Of a stretch of 64,000 nucleotides of DNA, positions 28,174 through 40,195 are shown piece after piece; the stretch's first letter is position 1; each line of letters opens with the position of its first letter. The DNA is from the human T2T-CHM13v2.0 reference genome, Homo sapiens. Under the pieces are notes generated by a model that was not told the DNA's origin, ran no database searches, and worked only from the letters and a program-made list of their open reading frames with translations. The stretch lies in NCBI RefSeq assembly GCF_009914755.1, contig NC_060944.1. The stretch is one strand, 5' to 3'. A program made the translations under genes and the position numbers.

Positions 28174-28227
28174 CTTCGCAAATTTCTGAAGGCAAACACT
28201 TTGAACACCAATATTACTTTCCAGATA
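28174..28227 (-). other. Candidate in-frame 54-nt cassette exon (YLESNIGVQSVCLQKFAK)
   Basis: tgctgctttccctctctttcag acceptor, AAG|gtaagt donor, 18 stop-free codons in a phase-0 intron. Confidence 0.45.
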
Positions 28228-30744
28228 CTGAAAGAGAGGGAAAGCAGCACGGGTACTCACTGCAGTGTGGAAGTTCTATGAATCACTTTTCTGAAGAACA
28301 ACTCTGGCATTTTAACAAACCCCTTGAATCACTCACATTCTGCTCTATATGCAAGTCTTTCCTTGACTGCTGACTTAATAATAAAAGCTGGAAAAAACAT
28401 AAGTCTAACAATAACACATTTCTTTTCTGTGACCAAAGAATGATTGTGTCAATGTTTATGGAGATGGACTTATTTTGAAAGTAATTTAACAATGGAATGA
28501 TGCTGCTAAGCACACTGATTTTTTTTTTTTAAATGAAAAAAAGAAGTTCAATACAAAGCTCAAGAAGTGAACAGGCCCACTCAGATGAGAGGGTTTTATG
28601 CGTTCACACAAGCACACCCACACTTCTTCAACATACCATTTCACAAATGCTGTGTATTATTAAGAGGAGGCGGATTCTGCCAGGCACATAATTTGTATAT
28701 TTAAGGGAGGTGTATGGAATGAAAAAGCGAAATATGTTAAATTTCAAAGGACTTGGAAGCAATGCTGCCTGTAAGCTTGTATTACAAATAGCCCTACATT
28801 ATTACATACGCTATTAATGAGGCCGAGTGAATGAAAGTACAATTTGAATATGCATGACTCTACCCAATGAGCAAGACTTTTGTGTACTGATGAGGTTTTT
28901 TTTTCTCCCAAAAAAGGATTAAAATTATTCTTAGAGGAGTATGGCTGCCCAGAGAACAGTAAAATAAATGTACTTAGACCACAGAGTCATACTATACTCA
29001 GATGAAATACACAGGTGCTAAAAGAATGCCTTTGACTCTACCTACAATTTTGGAAACATGCATATCCTGTCCTTCAAAAGGAATATTCCTTAACTTCAAG
29101 CAGCTGCGTCATTACAATTTCTAAGAAAAAAATACGGATTTTGGTGGAGATCCCTAAAAGTAGGCAAGGTTAAATAAACCTTTTGAGTACAAAGCCTTCC
29201 CTTCCACAGTAAGGAGCACTAGTTAAAAGGCTGGGGAATGGGTAAATTATTGTACCAAATGGCTGAGAATTAATCTCTGCTGACTAGCTGTAATCTAACG
29301 AGGCGTCTGTGTCCCAGGGAGCCCGCAGCATGTCCCTGGCGGTATGTGCAGTGTGTCGAGTCTGCGTGGCACCCTTTGTCCTCGCTCACAGGCGGCCTTT
29401 CCCCTCATTGTCCGTAATATCCTCATGCATCTGGGACGCGTGGAATGCATTCATACTAACAGACTTACCATTGTTTTCTCTCAGAAGCTTTGTTGAGCAA
29501 AGACTGCATCACGGTTACTGATAATTATATTGCTTAATTAATCAAGACAAAAAAAATTTGCAAATCATTGCCTGGTTGCCAAGCAGGGAGATAAAAAATG
29601 ACAACAATACAAGCTGAAGCAATATAACAAAAGTAACAGCTATCTGATCAGAAATTCTTATATAATGAAGCTATTAATGCTAAATCGGTTAATGTTAACA
29701 TTGCTCCAGGTGTCTCTACTTAGATGCAAACAAAAAGGCTAACATTATGGATATAAAAGGCCAAATGTTGCCATGGATTCTGTAACCTGATAGAGAGGAC
29801 AGCCTTTTCATTTGATTAGGGAATGCAATTTAAATACCAGGGACTGAAGCCAAACAAACAGACTTTCCCTCCGCAAGCCTCTTGCATTCACCCTGGGGTC
29901 AGTGGTTGGTGAACAAAAGGTCAGCCACACTTGCCCTGGAAATGTCTGGATTAATTTTATTACATTGTAATGGTTTGTACTTTAAATGTAAGGATAATAC
30001 TAAATTTCCAGTTGGCCATTATTCTCTTCTTCCCTTTAGGCTTTTTGAATTAAAATATTAAGAAAGCGATTTGCTCAATTCATCTTGTCAGAATTTATAG
30101 CCAAATTCATTAAATGTGCAAACATTTTATAAGAAAGTTTACAAGGTATGTTAATAATTATATTCATGCATTATAAGTGTACTATCTTTTTAAAAAATCA
30201 AAAAAATCACTTTTGATTCTATAAAGTGAATTAAAATGGCTTGCATGTTTTTTACTTAAAAATAAAGGTGACATTTTTAGGACATTAAATGACATTTTAG
30301 AAGCCCATGTTGAAAATGAGCTAATAAAGCCAATTAATCCATACTAAATATTAAAGAAACACATTTCCTCTTTTTGAAAGCTATAAGACACTAAATTCAC
30401 TGGTTCTCTTATATTAAAATTTTCAGTTTAATTCTTTAAAGTAGTGCTCTTCATGGACAAATACAAATGTTAGCACTAAGAGCCATTTTCATACACAAAA
30501 CTGAAAACTTCACGCACATGGAGATCAGAATAAAAAATGATGCAAATATTTAATATGAAGTGACTTTTGGCATCTGCGTTCCCTCAATAGAAAAGAGGGT
30601 TCCCTTTATGTCAGGCTTTGCAACAGCCAGAATGGGACTTTTATGAATTCAGGAGTTGACCCACAATGCATCTATTCTGAGAATAATAAGCATGTTAAAC
30701 TTGGAATTCATTAAGTATTCTCTCTCCATAGTAGTAATAACAAA

Positions 30745-30860
30745 AAACAACAGCAACAATAATAATAATAATAGCTAACACTTAAGTAGCTTTTACTCTG
30801 GACCAGGCACTGTTTGAAGCACTTTCTATTTATTAGCTCATTTAATCCTCACAACTTTAA
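30745..30860 (-). mobile_element. MIR fragment with (AAT)n-like tract
   Basis: atagctaacac..ccaggcactgt..ctcatttaatcctcacaac. Confidence 0.7.
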
Positions 30861-31805
30861 CCCTTTAGATTAGGTCATAAATCCCAATATGAACAATAAA
30901 TCTGTTGCCTATTATTTCAAAGCTTTAAAAGAGAGTTTTCAGAAGGGTAACTTTCAGCTCCTTCAGGAGAACAACTTGAAATGAAAATGAAGATTATACA
31001 TACTATCAAGCTGAAAAACACAATGTCATTCCTCTTGAGGGATGGCTTAATATGCTAATGTTTAATTTAAGAACTTTAAAAACGCCCTTCTATTAGTAAT
31101 TCTAAAACAAAAACAAGTCGCTACATAAAGCATGGCTAAAATACCACTAAAGGTATGACAAGGATCGAAACTGCAGCCAATTTAGTACACAGCACACAGA
31201 TCATTGGATTGTTCCAGCTCTTCCCATGATCAATACCAATTGACATGGCTGAATTGATTCTGCAGCAAGGTGCTCCAATTGTTGAAACTCATCACGTGGG
31301 CCGTGCTCCAGAGTCCCGGCCTCTTCGTGGACATGCCTGCAATTCTGCAGGATTGACCCCATTAGCACAGTCAGAGGCTTGGCAAGTGCCCGACACCAGG
31401 CAAGGCTGGATTCCATACCCACGGTTCTCCACAAAATGCTAGATGTGATATGGGGTTCCTTCAACTCTTATTATTAATCAACATAACCAAAATTTCAAGA
31501 TACAATTTTTCAAAAGTACAAAATTTAGAAAACTTAAAACATTTACAAAATAATAAATTTGACATTATAATTTCCAAAGAGGCCTAGTAATACAATAATA
31601 CAATTTTGTGCTCATGATGAAAAATTCTTTGAAAATCCCAATTCATATTTAATTCCTATAAAGCATGCATAATTCAGATATATGTAAGACATTCAACAAC
31701 TGGATGAGAGTCCCCTTTAACATATTTGTATCACTGATTTTCAATGACAATGAATCACATGGCAAATGCTTTATGAGTCAGTACAACAATGCAATGAAAA
31801 CGTAC

Positions 31806-31964
31806 CTCAGGTTTCTTCGTTATCGCGATGAAGAACATGTGATTCTTCATTGGGTAAATAATGATTGAAACATCTCCAAAGGCAGTTGGGATAATACCCC
31901 TGCGGTAGTCTCTGGAGTGTTCAGACCAGACGATATGGACCTCGTCATTCCCCAAGTGACGAAG
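31806..31964 (-). CDS. RALGAPA2: RALGAPA2 GAP catalytic exon ([13 protein letters not shown]...ITKKPE), 159 nt, phase 0/0; asparagine-thumb codon at 31947-31949
   Basis: gctgttgcag acceptor, GAG|gtacgt donor; matches the KRHIGND-type catalytic helix of the Rap1GAP/TSC2 family. Confidence 0.97.
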
Positions 31965-32539
31965 CTGCAACAGCAAATTGACTGTTTATTAATCAGGGTG
32001 ATAACAGCAGTTTATGAGGGGTCATGGCTTACAAATTGAATTATAAAACTCAAAGGCCAAAAAAATTTCACTACCAAAAAAGGCTACAACATTGATGTTC
32101 TTCTGTGAGGATTTTAAAAAGCACAAGTGCATAAAAACACAGCCTGTCTTCTTAATGTGTTGGTACCAAGATAAGGCATGCTAGCTTCGCAGGCACATTA
32201 CAGCTGGATGGGGCTGAGGCCTTTGTAAGAATTTATTTTCTAATGGAATTTTACTCCTGCGTCAGAGTCCTGTGCTTTATATTGCTGAATATGTTTCTAA
32301 ACAATTAACAACACGTGTCTTTTATTCCACATTGCAGTTGTGCTTTATAAGATTCTCAATTCAATGGTTATTATGAAAATAAGAATATGAACATAAGAGA
32401 ACATAAGCCACTACAACACAATTGTTACCAAATGTATAAGAAACTAGATTTGTGACAAACCTTTAAGAAAAGGACGTATAAAATTACCTTTGCTTAGGAA
32501 ATGAATAACTACTGCTTAAGTCTGATAAGAACACTCCTA

Positions 32540-32770
32540 CCTAGCATTTAAGGAGTGCTTACTGTATAGAAGACATGTTCACACATACTATCTCATTTAA
32601 TCTTCCCACTAACTCTCTGAGGTAGATGACATCATCTTCATCTTACTGTACAAAAAAGAAATGGGCGCTCAGGAAGGTGAAGGCACCACCTACCCGAGGA
32701 TGCATGAGTAGCAGTGGCAGAGTGGGCCCGGGACATGCACTGGGGCTTCCAATTCAGGGCCATTTCCACT
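32540..32770 (-). mobile_element. MIR
   Basis: tatctcatttaatcttccc..ctctgaggtag..gctcaggaaggtgaag. Confidence 0.65.
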
Positions 32771-35700
32771 GTTTCAAAGCTACCTAAGCCTGCACCCAAA
32801 GTTACTTTACTGTCATTGCTTAGTAGTGTAGCCCACTTGTTTTATCATCTTATACACAAAGAGGCTGTAAAGAACAAAAACAAATCACAGACTCCTGGCG
32901 TCTTTGAGGAGGCCTTACTAGAAAGATCTCCAAAACAAGACCCCTTGAGAGTTCTTTCAGGCCCAGGCTCTGTCAGGTGTAAGAACACCCTTGATCAATC
33001 TCCTGCACGATGACCGTACCATCTCAAGCTGGAGAAAGCTGCACACGAAATCATTTAAGTGACAAAGAATCAAAGTGTGACTAAAAGAAACTAGATTATG
33101 AAGATTAAAATGTTGGCCAAAATTGAAGTTCTGAAACCACAAAAGCTGGTAAGGCCCTCTGACATCTTCTGGGAATTTGAGATTCTCGTTCTCTCACGTG
33201 GAACTGCAGAAGGATGCTCTCTGGCACCATGAACAATTATTTCTTGCTTCCTTATCTAACAGATGAACATTAAAAATGACTAAATTCAGAAGCAGTTTAA
33301 TAAAATAGAGATGTGTCAAATTTAACATTTTTAGTTTTGTCTTAAAGTATTTTTTAAAAAGGTGTTCTGGAATACTATGTATTTAAAACGTGTTAGCATA
33401 AATACAGTTTTCTTTAGACTATTTGACCACAAAAAGAAAATCTGAGGTGACCCCAACATAGCCTCTTTTCTGTTTATAAGGTTACAAAAGGAAGCTCATC
33501 TGTTGCAATGCCTGTTTATTCTTCACTCTCTCATACTTCTGGGAATGACTGTACAGGCCAATTATTTAAAAAGTGACCTGTGCCTATACCATTGTACCTA
33601 TACTGAAGGGTGCACGATTCAACTGTGTTTGAATGTGGGCTCTGGGACAAATGCAACTGCGGGTGCTGAGCACAAGTCACGATGATCCAGAACAATTTAA
33701 TGGCATCTCCGACTTTCTAATGGCAAAATTACCCAGTACATCATTTTTTTCCTTCCTCCTTCCCACATAAAAGTAAAAGAATAGCAGGCAAAATGTATAG
33801 CCAACCCCTTACATAGTTTTAAACAAAATACAACCCTGGGCCTCCTAGTAGTGCTGAACATCTCTTTATATTTCTCCATTCCTATATTTGCTACAGCTTT
33901 TTTCTTTTTCCTTTTTAATAAAACATGCAAAGACATTACAATACACTCCTAAAATTCAGTCCTTTTGAAGTGAAAACACGGTAGCCAGCATCACCAAGAA
34001 CCTAATATAGGTATGTTTTCGGGGAAATATGAATAGTATCTAACTGGAACTGTAGGAGGAATTGAGACCTGCAGAAAGTAATTGTGAGAACTGGGGCTGT
34101 CCTAGAGTTCACACAGCCCTCACCCTGCAAAGACAGCCAGCTTCAGGGTGGCTCTGGGTCCCTTGGTATAATGCTTGCACAAATGTCTGAATGGAAACAC
34201 TCACCTACTAAACACCCCTCAAACGTGCTGCCACCACCCGATGTTGGTGCTCTAGTATCTGTGATAGCTCCTTTTGATCCACAAGTATTAGTTGCAAAAC
34301 ATTGACTGTGAGGTAATACCGTGATTATTGAAGTTTTGTAGTTACTTTCCCATTTCAAATTGGGTTACTCAATTACATAACCTAAGTAAGTATCTCTTAA
34401 TTTTACTTGCATCTGTATACTCAGAACTACAGCGAGGGAGGTTAGTTTCACACTAACAGACCCATTCTCCCAGTGTGGCAATTCTGTAATTAAGGAAGAG
34501 CAATTTTTGTGTGGTAATGATATGATATTCATCTTCTCATAGCTGCTTTCAGTGGCACGTGACTCAGACTTCTGGATATGTCACAGTTTAATTAGCTAAA
34601 TCACAAAACTAAAAGCTAAGGCCATGGGAGCAATCGGCTGATAAATCTGGAGCAAAGGGCAAAATATGCCTTCTTTTGCCTATAAGAAAACAGGTAGGTA
34701 AAATAAATAAAATTCATCTGGGCAAACTGTCAACCATGTCAGAACATACGGAATACTCTGGATGGCTCAAAGTGTTGCCCAATTTAAAGAAGAGTCCATC
34801 ATTGACACATCATTTTGTGAGTATTGAAGAACTGGGATTAGAGGCCCTCAAATTAGAAACCCATCAGTGAGTTTGGTGAGTGCACACAAGTCAAGTTGAT
34901 CTGGTTCCTGTGTAACTGGGGAAGAATGATGAGTCTCCTTCTGGAATGGAGCCGGTGTTTATGTTAGCTACTCCTTCAACTGCACAACAGGCTCCACAAT
35001 GGCTGGATACTTATCAGGCTCAGAACAAATGCTCAGATTTTAAGTCTTAAGAAATCAATCCCGGACCCACAACTTTTCATCCTAACAGAGTTTTAAAGTC
35101 CCTTTGCCTAAGCCATTCTGTCTGTTGCTGCTGCCAGGCTGCACGCCACTGGTGACACCGGTCATGGTACACACCTAATAGGCTGACCTCCTTTCTCGAC
35201 TAATTGCATTACATCGCCAGCTGGCTCCAGAAGGAGTCGTCTGTTTGATTGAAGAATTCCTGCTCCTCAGTGGGCCCGGCTGCTACTTTTACTAAGTAAC
35301 AGTCAGGCCTGACATCCCCATTGTTCAGCTGACAGTGTGCCCATCCTAAAATCTAAGTTTTATTTGTAAATTAACCAAGAAACTTCCTGCCAGAACAGCG
35401 CTGCCTGGAGACTGATAATGTGGGCCTTTCATCCCTTTTCACTCGTACTGTATCACTGCCAATTTGTTTTTTATGTGGCTGGCCAGCCTGAGGCTATAAA
35501 AGCCTTGTAAGACATAAGTGCAATTATAGTCCTGGAGTCAAATGAATTGGACAAATCCAATAGCACAGCTCTGTCCCCACTCTGCAAACCCCTACAGCAG
35601 TTAGATTAGCTGTGAAAAATCTAATCTAGCTAGAGCTAACAAATTTCTGCAGTGAAGGATCAAGAGTTCAGTATGGGGTTGCAACTGGATTGCAGAATTG

Positions 35701-36540
35701 AAAAAGTCCCCCCATGATGGGGGCAGAAGAGAGCATGAATCACTTTAGAATTTTGCAGCTCATTTTTAAGCTGTTAGGGACAATTTAGTTAGAATAAGAC
35801 AAGGAACTGTGGGCTGCTGTTACTGTGACTGATTTTTAGTCTAGCTGTGAGACATCTGATAAAGAGAGTTTATCACTAATGATGCTAAACCTTACAGCTG
35901 CAAAAGGTATCAGCTGAATTTTGATTATTACAGTAGGGAATCATTCAACCAGGCCAAGTCTTAGAACATTATTTACAGCTTGGCATTTTATCAAGAAAAC
36001 ATGTCTTTTCTCAAAAAAGAAAAAACAGTCCTACTTTACTTAAGAAATAATTTAAAAAATATTTTATATATAAATTTTATCTTTTAACAAAATAATTCTC
36101 AGTCATAAGAAAATTATAGAATATGGTGACACATTTGCAAAGCAGAAACAATTTACAATGTACTGCAAATAAAAAAGATGTGTGAGCCCAGCTTAGGATC
36201 CTGGTAAGCTACACTAGAGTCTGAGATCCTGGTGAATTCTTGGAGGGCAGAGTTCCCTTTGCTGAGAGCTCTACAGCCAGGGGCAGCCATCAAAACCCAA
36301 CACTGAGGCAGCTCCTCCAAGACGTGTGGGAACCAGCACGTGGTCAGCGCTTCTGGCTGTAGTACTGCCACCCCCAGGAGGTCATTATAGCATGCTGGGG
36401 CAGGAGAGGGAAAGGCTGCTGAGTTTTTGAACGCAAATTGTACTTTCTACATCTGAGACACTTGATCACTACGGAAGTTGTCTGTAATTGGGCCATGACT
36501 TGAGTTCTGATGTTTCACATGCACTGCTGCCCATCATATA

Positions 36541-38923
36541 CAGGCACACCTCAGAGATATTATAGGCTTGGTTTCAGACATATCCGCAATAGGTTTTTTA
36601 GATATTGCAAATACAGATATTGCAATAAAGCAAATCATATAAACTTTTGTGTGCACTGGGAAAGCAGTGTGCATAAAACTTATGTTTACTATAGTCTATT
36701 AAATGTGCAATAGCATTATTTCTTACCATATGTATATTAATAAAAAAATTTTATTGCTAAAAAATGCTAATGATTATCTGAGCCTTCAGTGAGTTGTAGT
36801 CTTTTTTTGCTGGTACAGGGTTTTGCCTTGATGTTGTTGGTTGCTGATTGATCAGGGTGGCAGTTGCTGAAGGCTGGGGTGGCTGTGGCAATTTCTTAAG
36901 GTAAGATAATGAAATTGCCACATTGATTGACTCTTCCTTTCATGAAAGATTTCTCTGTAGCATGTGATGGTGTCTGACAGCATTTTGCCCACAGTAGAAC
37001 TTCTTTTGAAATTGGAGTAATATTTTCAAACCCTGTCACTGCTTTACCAATTAAATTTATGGAATATTCTAAATCTTTTGTTGTAATTTCAACAATGTTC
37101 ATAGCATCATCACTGAGAACAGATTCCTTCTCAAGAAACCCACTTTCTTTGCTTATCCATAAGAAGCAACTTTTCATCCAGTCAAATTTTATCATGACAT
37201 TGCAGTAATTCAGCTACATCTTCAGTCTCCACTTCTAATTCTAGTTCTCTTGCTATTTCTGCTAAATGTGCAGTGACTTCCTTCACTGAAGTCTTGAATC
37301 TTTTAAAGTCATCCATGAGGGTGGGACTCTATCCAAACTCCTGTGAATCTTGATATCTTGATCTGTTCCCATGAATCACGAATGTTCCTAATGGCATCTA
37401 GAATGGTGAATCCATTCCAGAAGGTTTTCAATGGTCTTTGCCAGATCCATCAGAGAACTCACTCCCTATGACAGCCATAGCCTTATGAAAGTTCTTAAAT
37501 AGTAAGACTTGAAAGTTGAAATTACTCCTTGATCTGTGGGTTGCAGAATATGGATATTGTGTTAGCAGGAATGAAAAACAACACTACATCTCCTTCAGAG
37601 CTCTTGAGTGATGAGGTACATTGTCAATGAGCAGTAATACTCTGAAATAAATCTTTTATTCTGAGTAGCAGGTCTCAACAGTTGGCTTTAAATCTTCAGT
37701 AAGCCATGCTCTAAACAGACGTGCTGTCATCCTGGTTTTGTTGTTCCATTTATTGAGCACAGGTAGAGTAGATTTAGCATAATGTTTAAGGGCCCTAGAA
37801 TTTGGGGAATGGTAAATGAGCACTGGCTTCAACTTAAAGTCACCAGCTGCATTAGCCCTAACAAGAGAGTCAGACTGTTCCTTTGAAGCTTTGAAACCAA
37901 ACATTAACTTTTCCTCTCTAGTTATGAAAGTGGTAGATAGAAACTTCTTCCAATAGAAGGCTGTTTTTACTACACTGAAAATCTGTTGTTTAGTGTAGCC
38001 ACCTCCATCAGTGATCTTAGTTAGATCTTCCAGATAAGCTGCAGCTTCTGCATGAGCACTTAATGCTTCGCCTTGTGCTTTCATTTTATGAAGACAGCTT
38101 CTTTCCTCAAACTTCATGAACCAACCTCGGCAAGCTTCAAACTTTTCTTCTGCAGCTTCCTCACCTCTCTCAGCCTTCATAAAATTTAACAGTGTAGGGC
38201 CTTGCTCTGGATTAGGCTCTGGCTTAAGGGAATGTTGTGGCTGGTTTGATCTGTTCAGACCACCAAAACTTTCTCCATATCAGCAATAAGGCTATTTCGT
38301 TTTCTTTATCATTCATGTGTTCACTGGAGTAGCACTTTTAATTTCCTTCAAAAACTTTTCCTTTATGTTCAAAACTTGGGTAAATATTTGGTTAAAGAGG
38401 TCTAGCTTTTGCCCTATCTCAGCTTTCAACATGCCTTCTAATCATTCCTAGCTTTTGATTTCAAGTGAGAGACATCCAACTTTTCCTTTCACTTGAATAC
38501 TTTGAGGCCATCAAGGGGTTATTAATTGGCCTAATTTCACTACTATTGTGCTTAGGGAATAGGAAGGCCCAAGGAGCGGAAGATACATAGGGGAACGGCC
38601 GGTGGGTGGAGCAGTCAGAACACACCGAACATGTATGAATTAAGTTTGCCATCTTATAAGGGCAGTTTGTGGTGCCCCAAAACAATTACGATAGCAACAT
38701 CAAAGGTCACTGATTACAGATCACCATATGAGATAATGATAATAATAATAGAAATATTGTGAAAATTACAAAATGAGACAGAGACACAAATGAGCATCTG
38801 CTGTTAGAAAAATGGTGCCAATAGACTTGTTTGATTAAGGGTTGCCACAAATATCCAATTTGTAAAAAATGTAATACCTGTGAAGTGTAATAAAGTGCTG
38901 CACAATGAAACAAGGTATGCCTG
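36541..38923 (-). mobile_element. Near full-length Tigger1 (pogo-like TcMar) DNA transposon, transposase inactivated
   Basis: Inverted termini caggcacacc..ggtatgcctg flanked by TA; about 2.38 kb; transposase fragments MASKYSSERKS (ATG 38511) and [22 protein letters not shown] (ORF 37656..38180). Confidence 0.93.
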
Positions 38924-39104
38924 TACATAGTCCAGACATCTGTGGCTGCAGTGGTGAAAAAGCAAAACCGTACAATAAAGAAATAAAGCAGGTACAGTGA
39001 GGCCAATCGGCCAATATAAAGCATCTGGCTAACGGGGCAGGGGGAAAAAAAGAATCAATTAGACCAATGGGCAATAATGAGGGATGATGGTCAGAGACAT
39101 CTTC

Positions 39105-39290
39105 CCAGGCACCGTGCTAAGCAATTTTATAGGAATTATCTCATTTACTTCACTCAACAACCCTGTAACATAGGCTGTGTTTTTAATCTCACTTAATAGA
39201 TGAAAAACTGAGGCACAGGTTGATGAAATAACTGAATATACCTCTGATCCCTGGTCTGCCTGTCACCGGAGCCTGGCTATAACCACCACA
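39105..39290 (-). mobile_element. MIR
   Basis: ccaggcaccgtgctaag..ttatctcatttac..agatgaaaaactgaggcacag. Confidence 0.7.
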
Positions 39291-40039
39291 GTAGACTCCC
39301 CAGTGGCCAGCTTTGGTCAGCACGTGAGGTGCTGCCCTCAGTCCCTTGCATTTATGTGGTAGGGAGAGAGTAAGGTGGGGATTCTAGGTTCCCCACCTGC
39401 TAGCAGGCCAGGTGAGTGCATATCACAGTTGCTCTGAGACGTTCTCCTCATCTGGAAGCAGATCTGATTAGAGGCTTCCTTCCCAGAGTTAAATGCCTCT
39501 TCTTTTAAGGCGCTCCTCACTTTTAACACAGGGTTGCCTGAGGCAAACATCCTGCAGGTTGGAAAGTAAAGGCCAAGTTCCCTGGGGGAGGTTCCTCAGG
39601 GGTGGATAAGGTTTCCTTTGAATTCTAAGGAAAACTGGCCACAAGGCAAGTTGAAGAATAAAAGGTAAGGGGCAACAGTGGGGCGGCTGAGCAGCTGCAC
39701 ACCTGCACTTATGTTGACAGATGCTGCCAAATCGCCCCGCAGCAAGCCTCAGAGGGGCCTGCTTTCCCAGAGCCCCACCAGTACAGGGTCATCATATTTT
39801 GTAACCTTTGACAATCTGTGAGATCAAAAATGTCATTTTCCATCAGGTAATATTCACGGGAGGGAAGATCCAAAAGTAATAACATTTAAGACGCCTTCTT
39901 TCCCCAAACCTTAATCTCAGGGTCGTAGAGTTCAGAGAAACCATCTCAGTGTGCGTTCTACCCTTGTATTTGTCTGTCCTAGGAGAGCCTCACCTACAAA
40001 CCAGGGCAGCTAAGAATGGTGCCCGAGGAGACCCCTTAC

Positions 40040-40195
40040 CTTTTTGGTGAGGGAATCATCTGAGTCTGACGGCATTCGAGTGGAAACATGGAAAATCACT
40101 TCCACAGTTGAGGTAGCATAGTAAGGGGCCGTCTGCCCGGTGCTGCCATTGCGCTGAAGGCCACCCATGAACCCACAGTGGGTGGAGAGATCCAC
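40040..40195 (-). CDS. RALGAPA2: RALGAPA2 GAP-domain exon ([13 protein letters not shown]...[21 protein letters not shown]), 156 nt, phase 0/0
   Basis: cctttgtcag acceptor, AAG|gtaagg donor; RapGAP motifs GF.GGL and FHVST. Confidence 0.97.

Noticed and set aside
36896-38685. Domesticated transposase (TIGD-like gene or fusion exon)
   Set aside because: Early stop and frameshifts split the Tigger1 ORF into pieces
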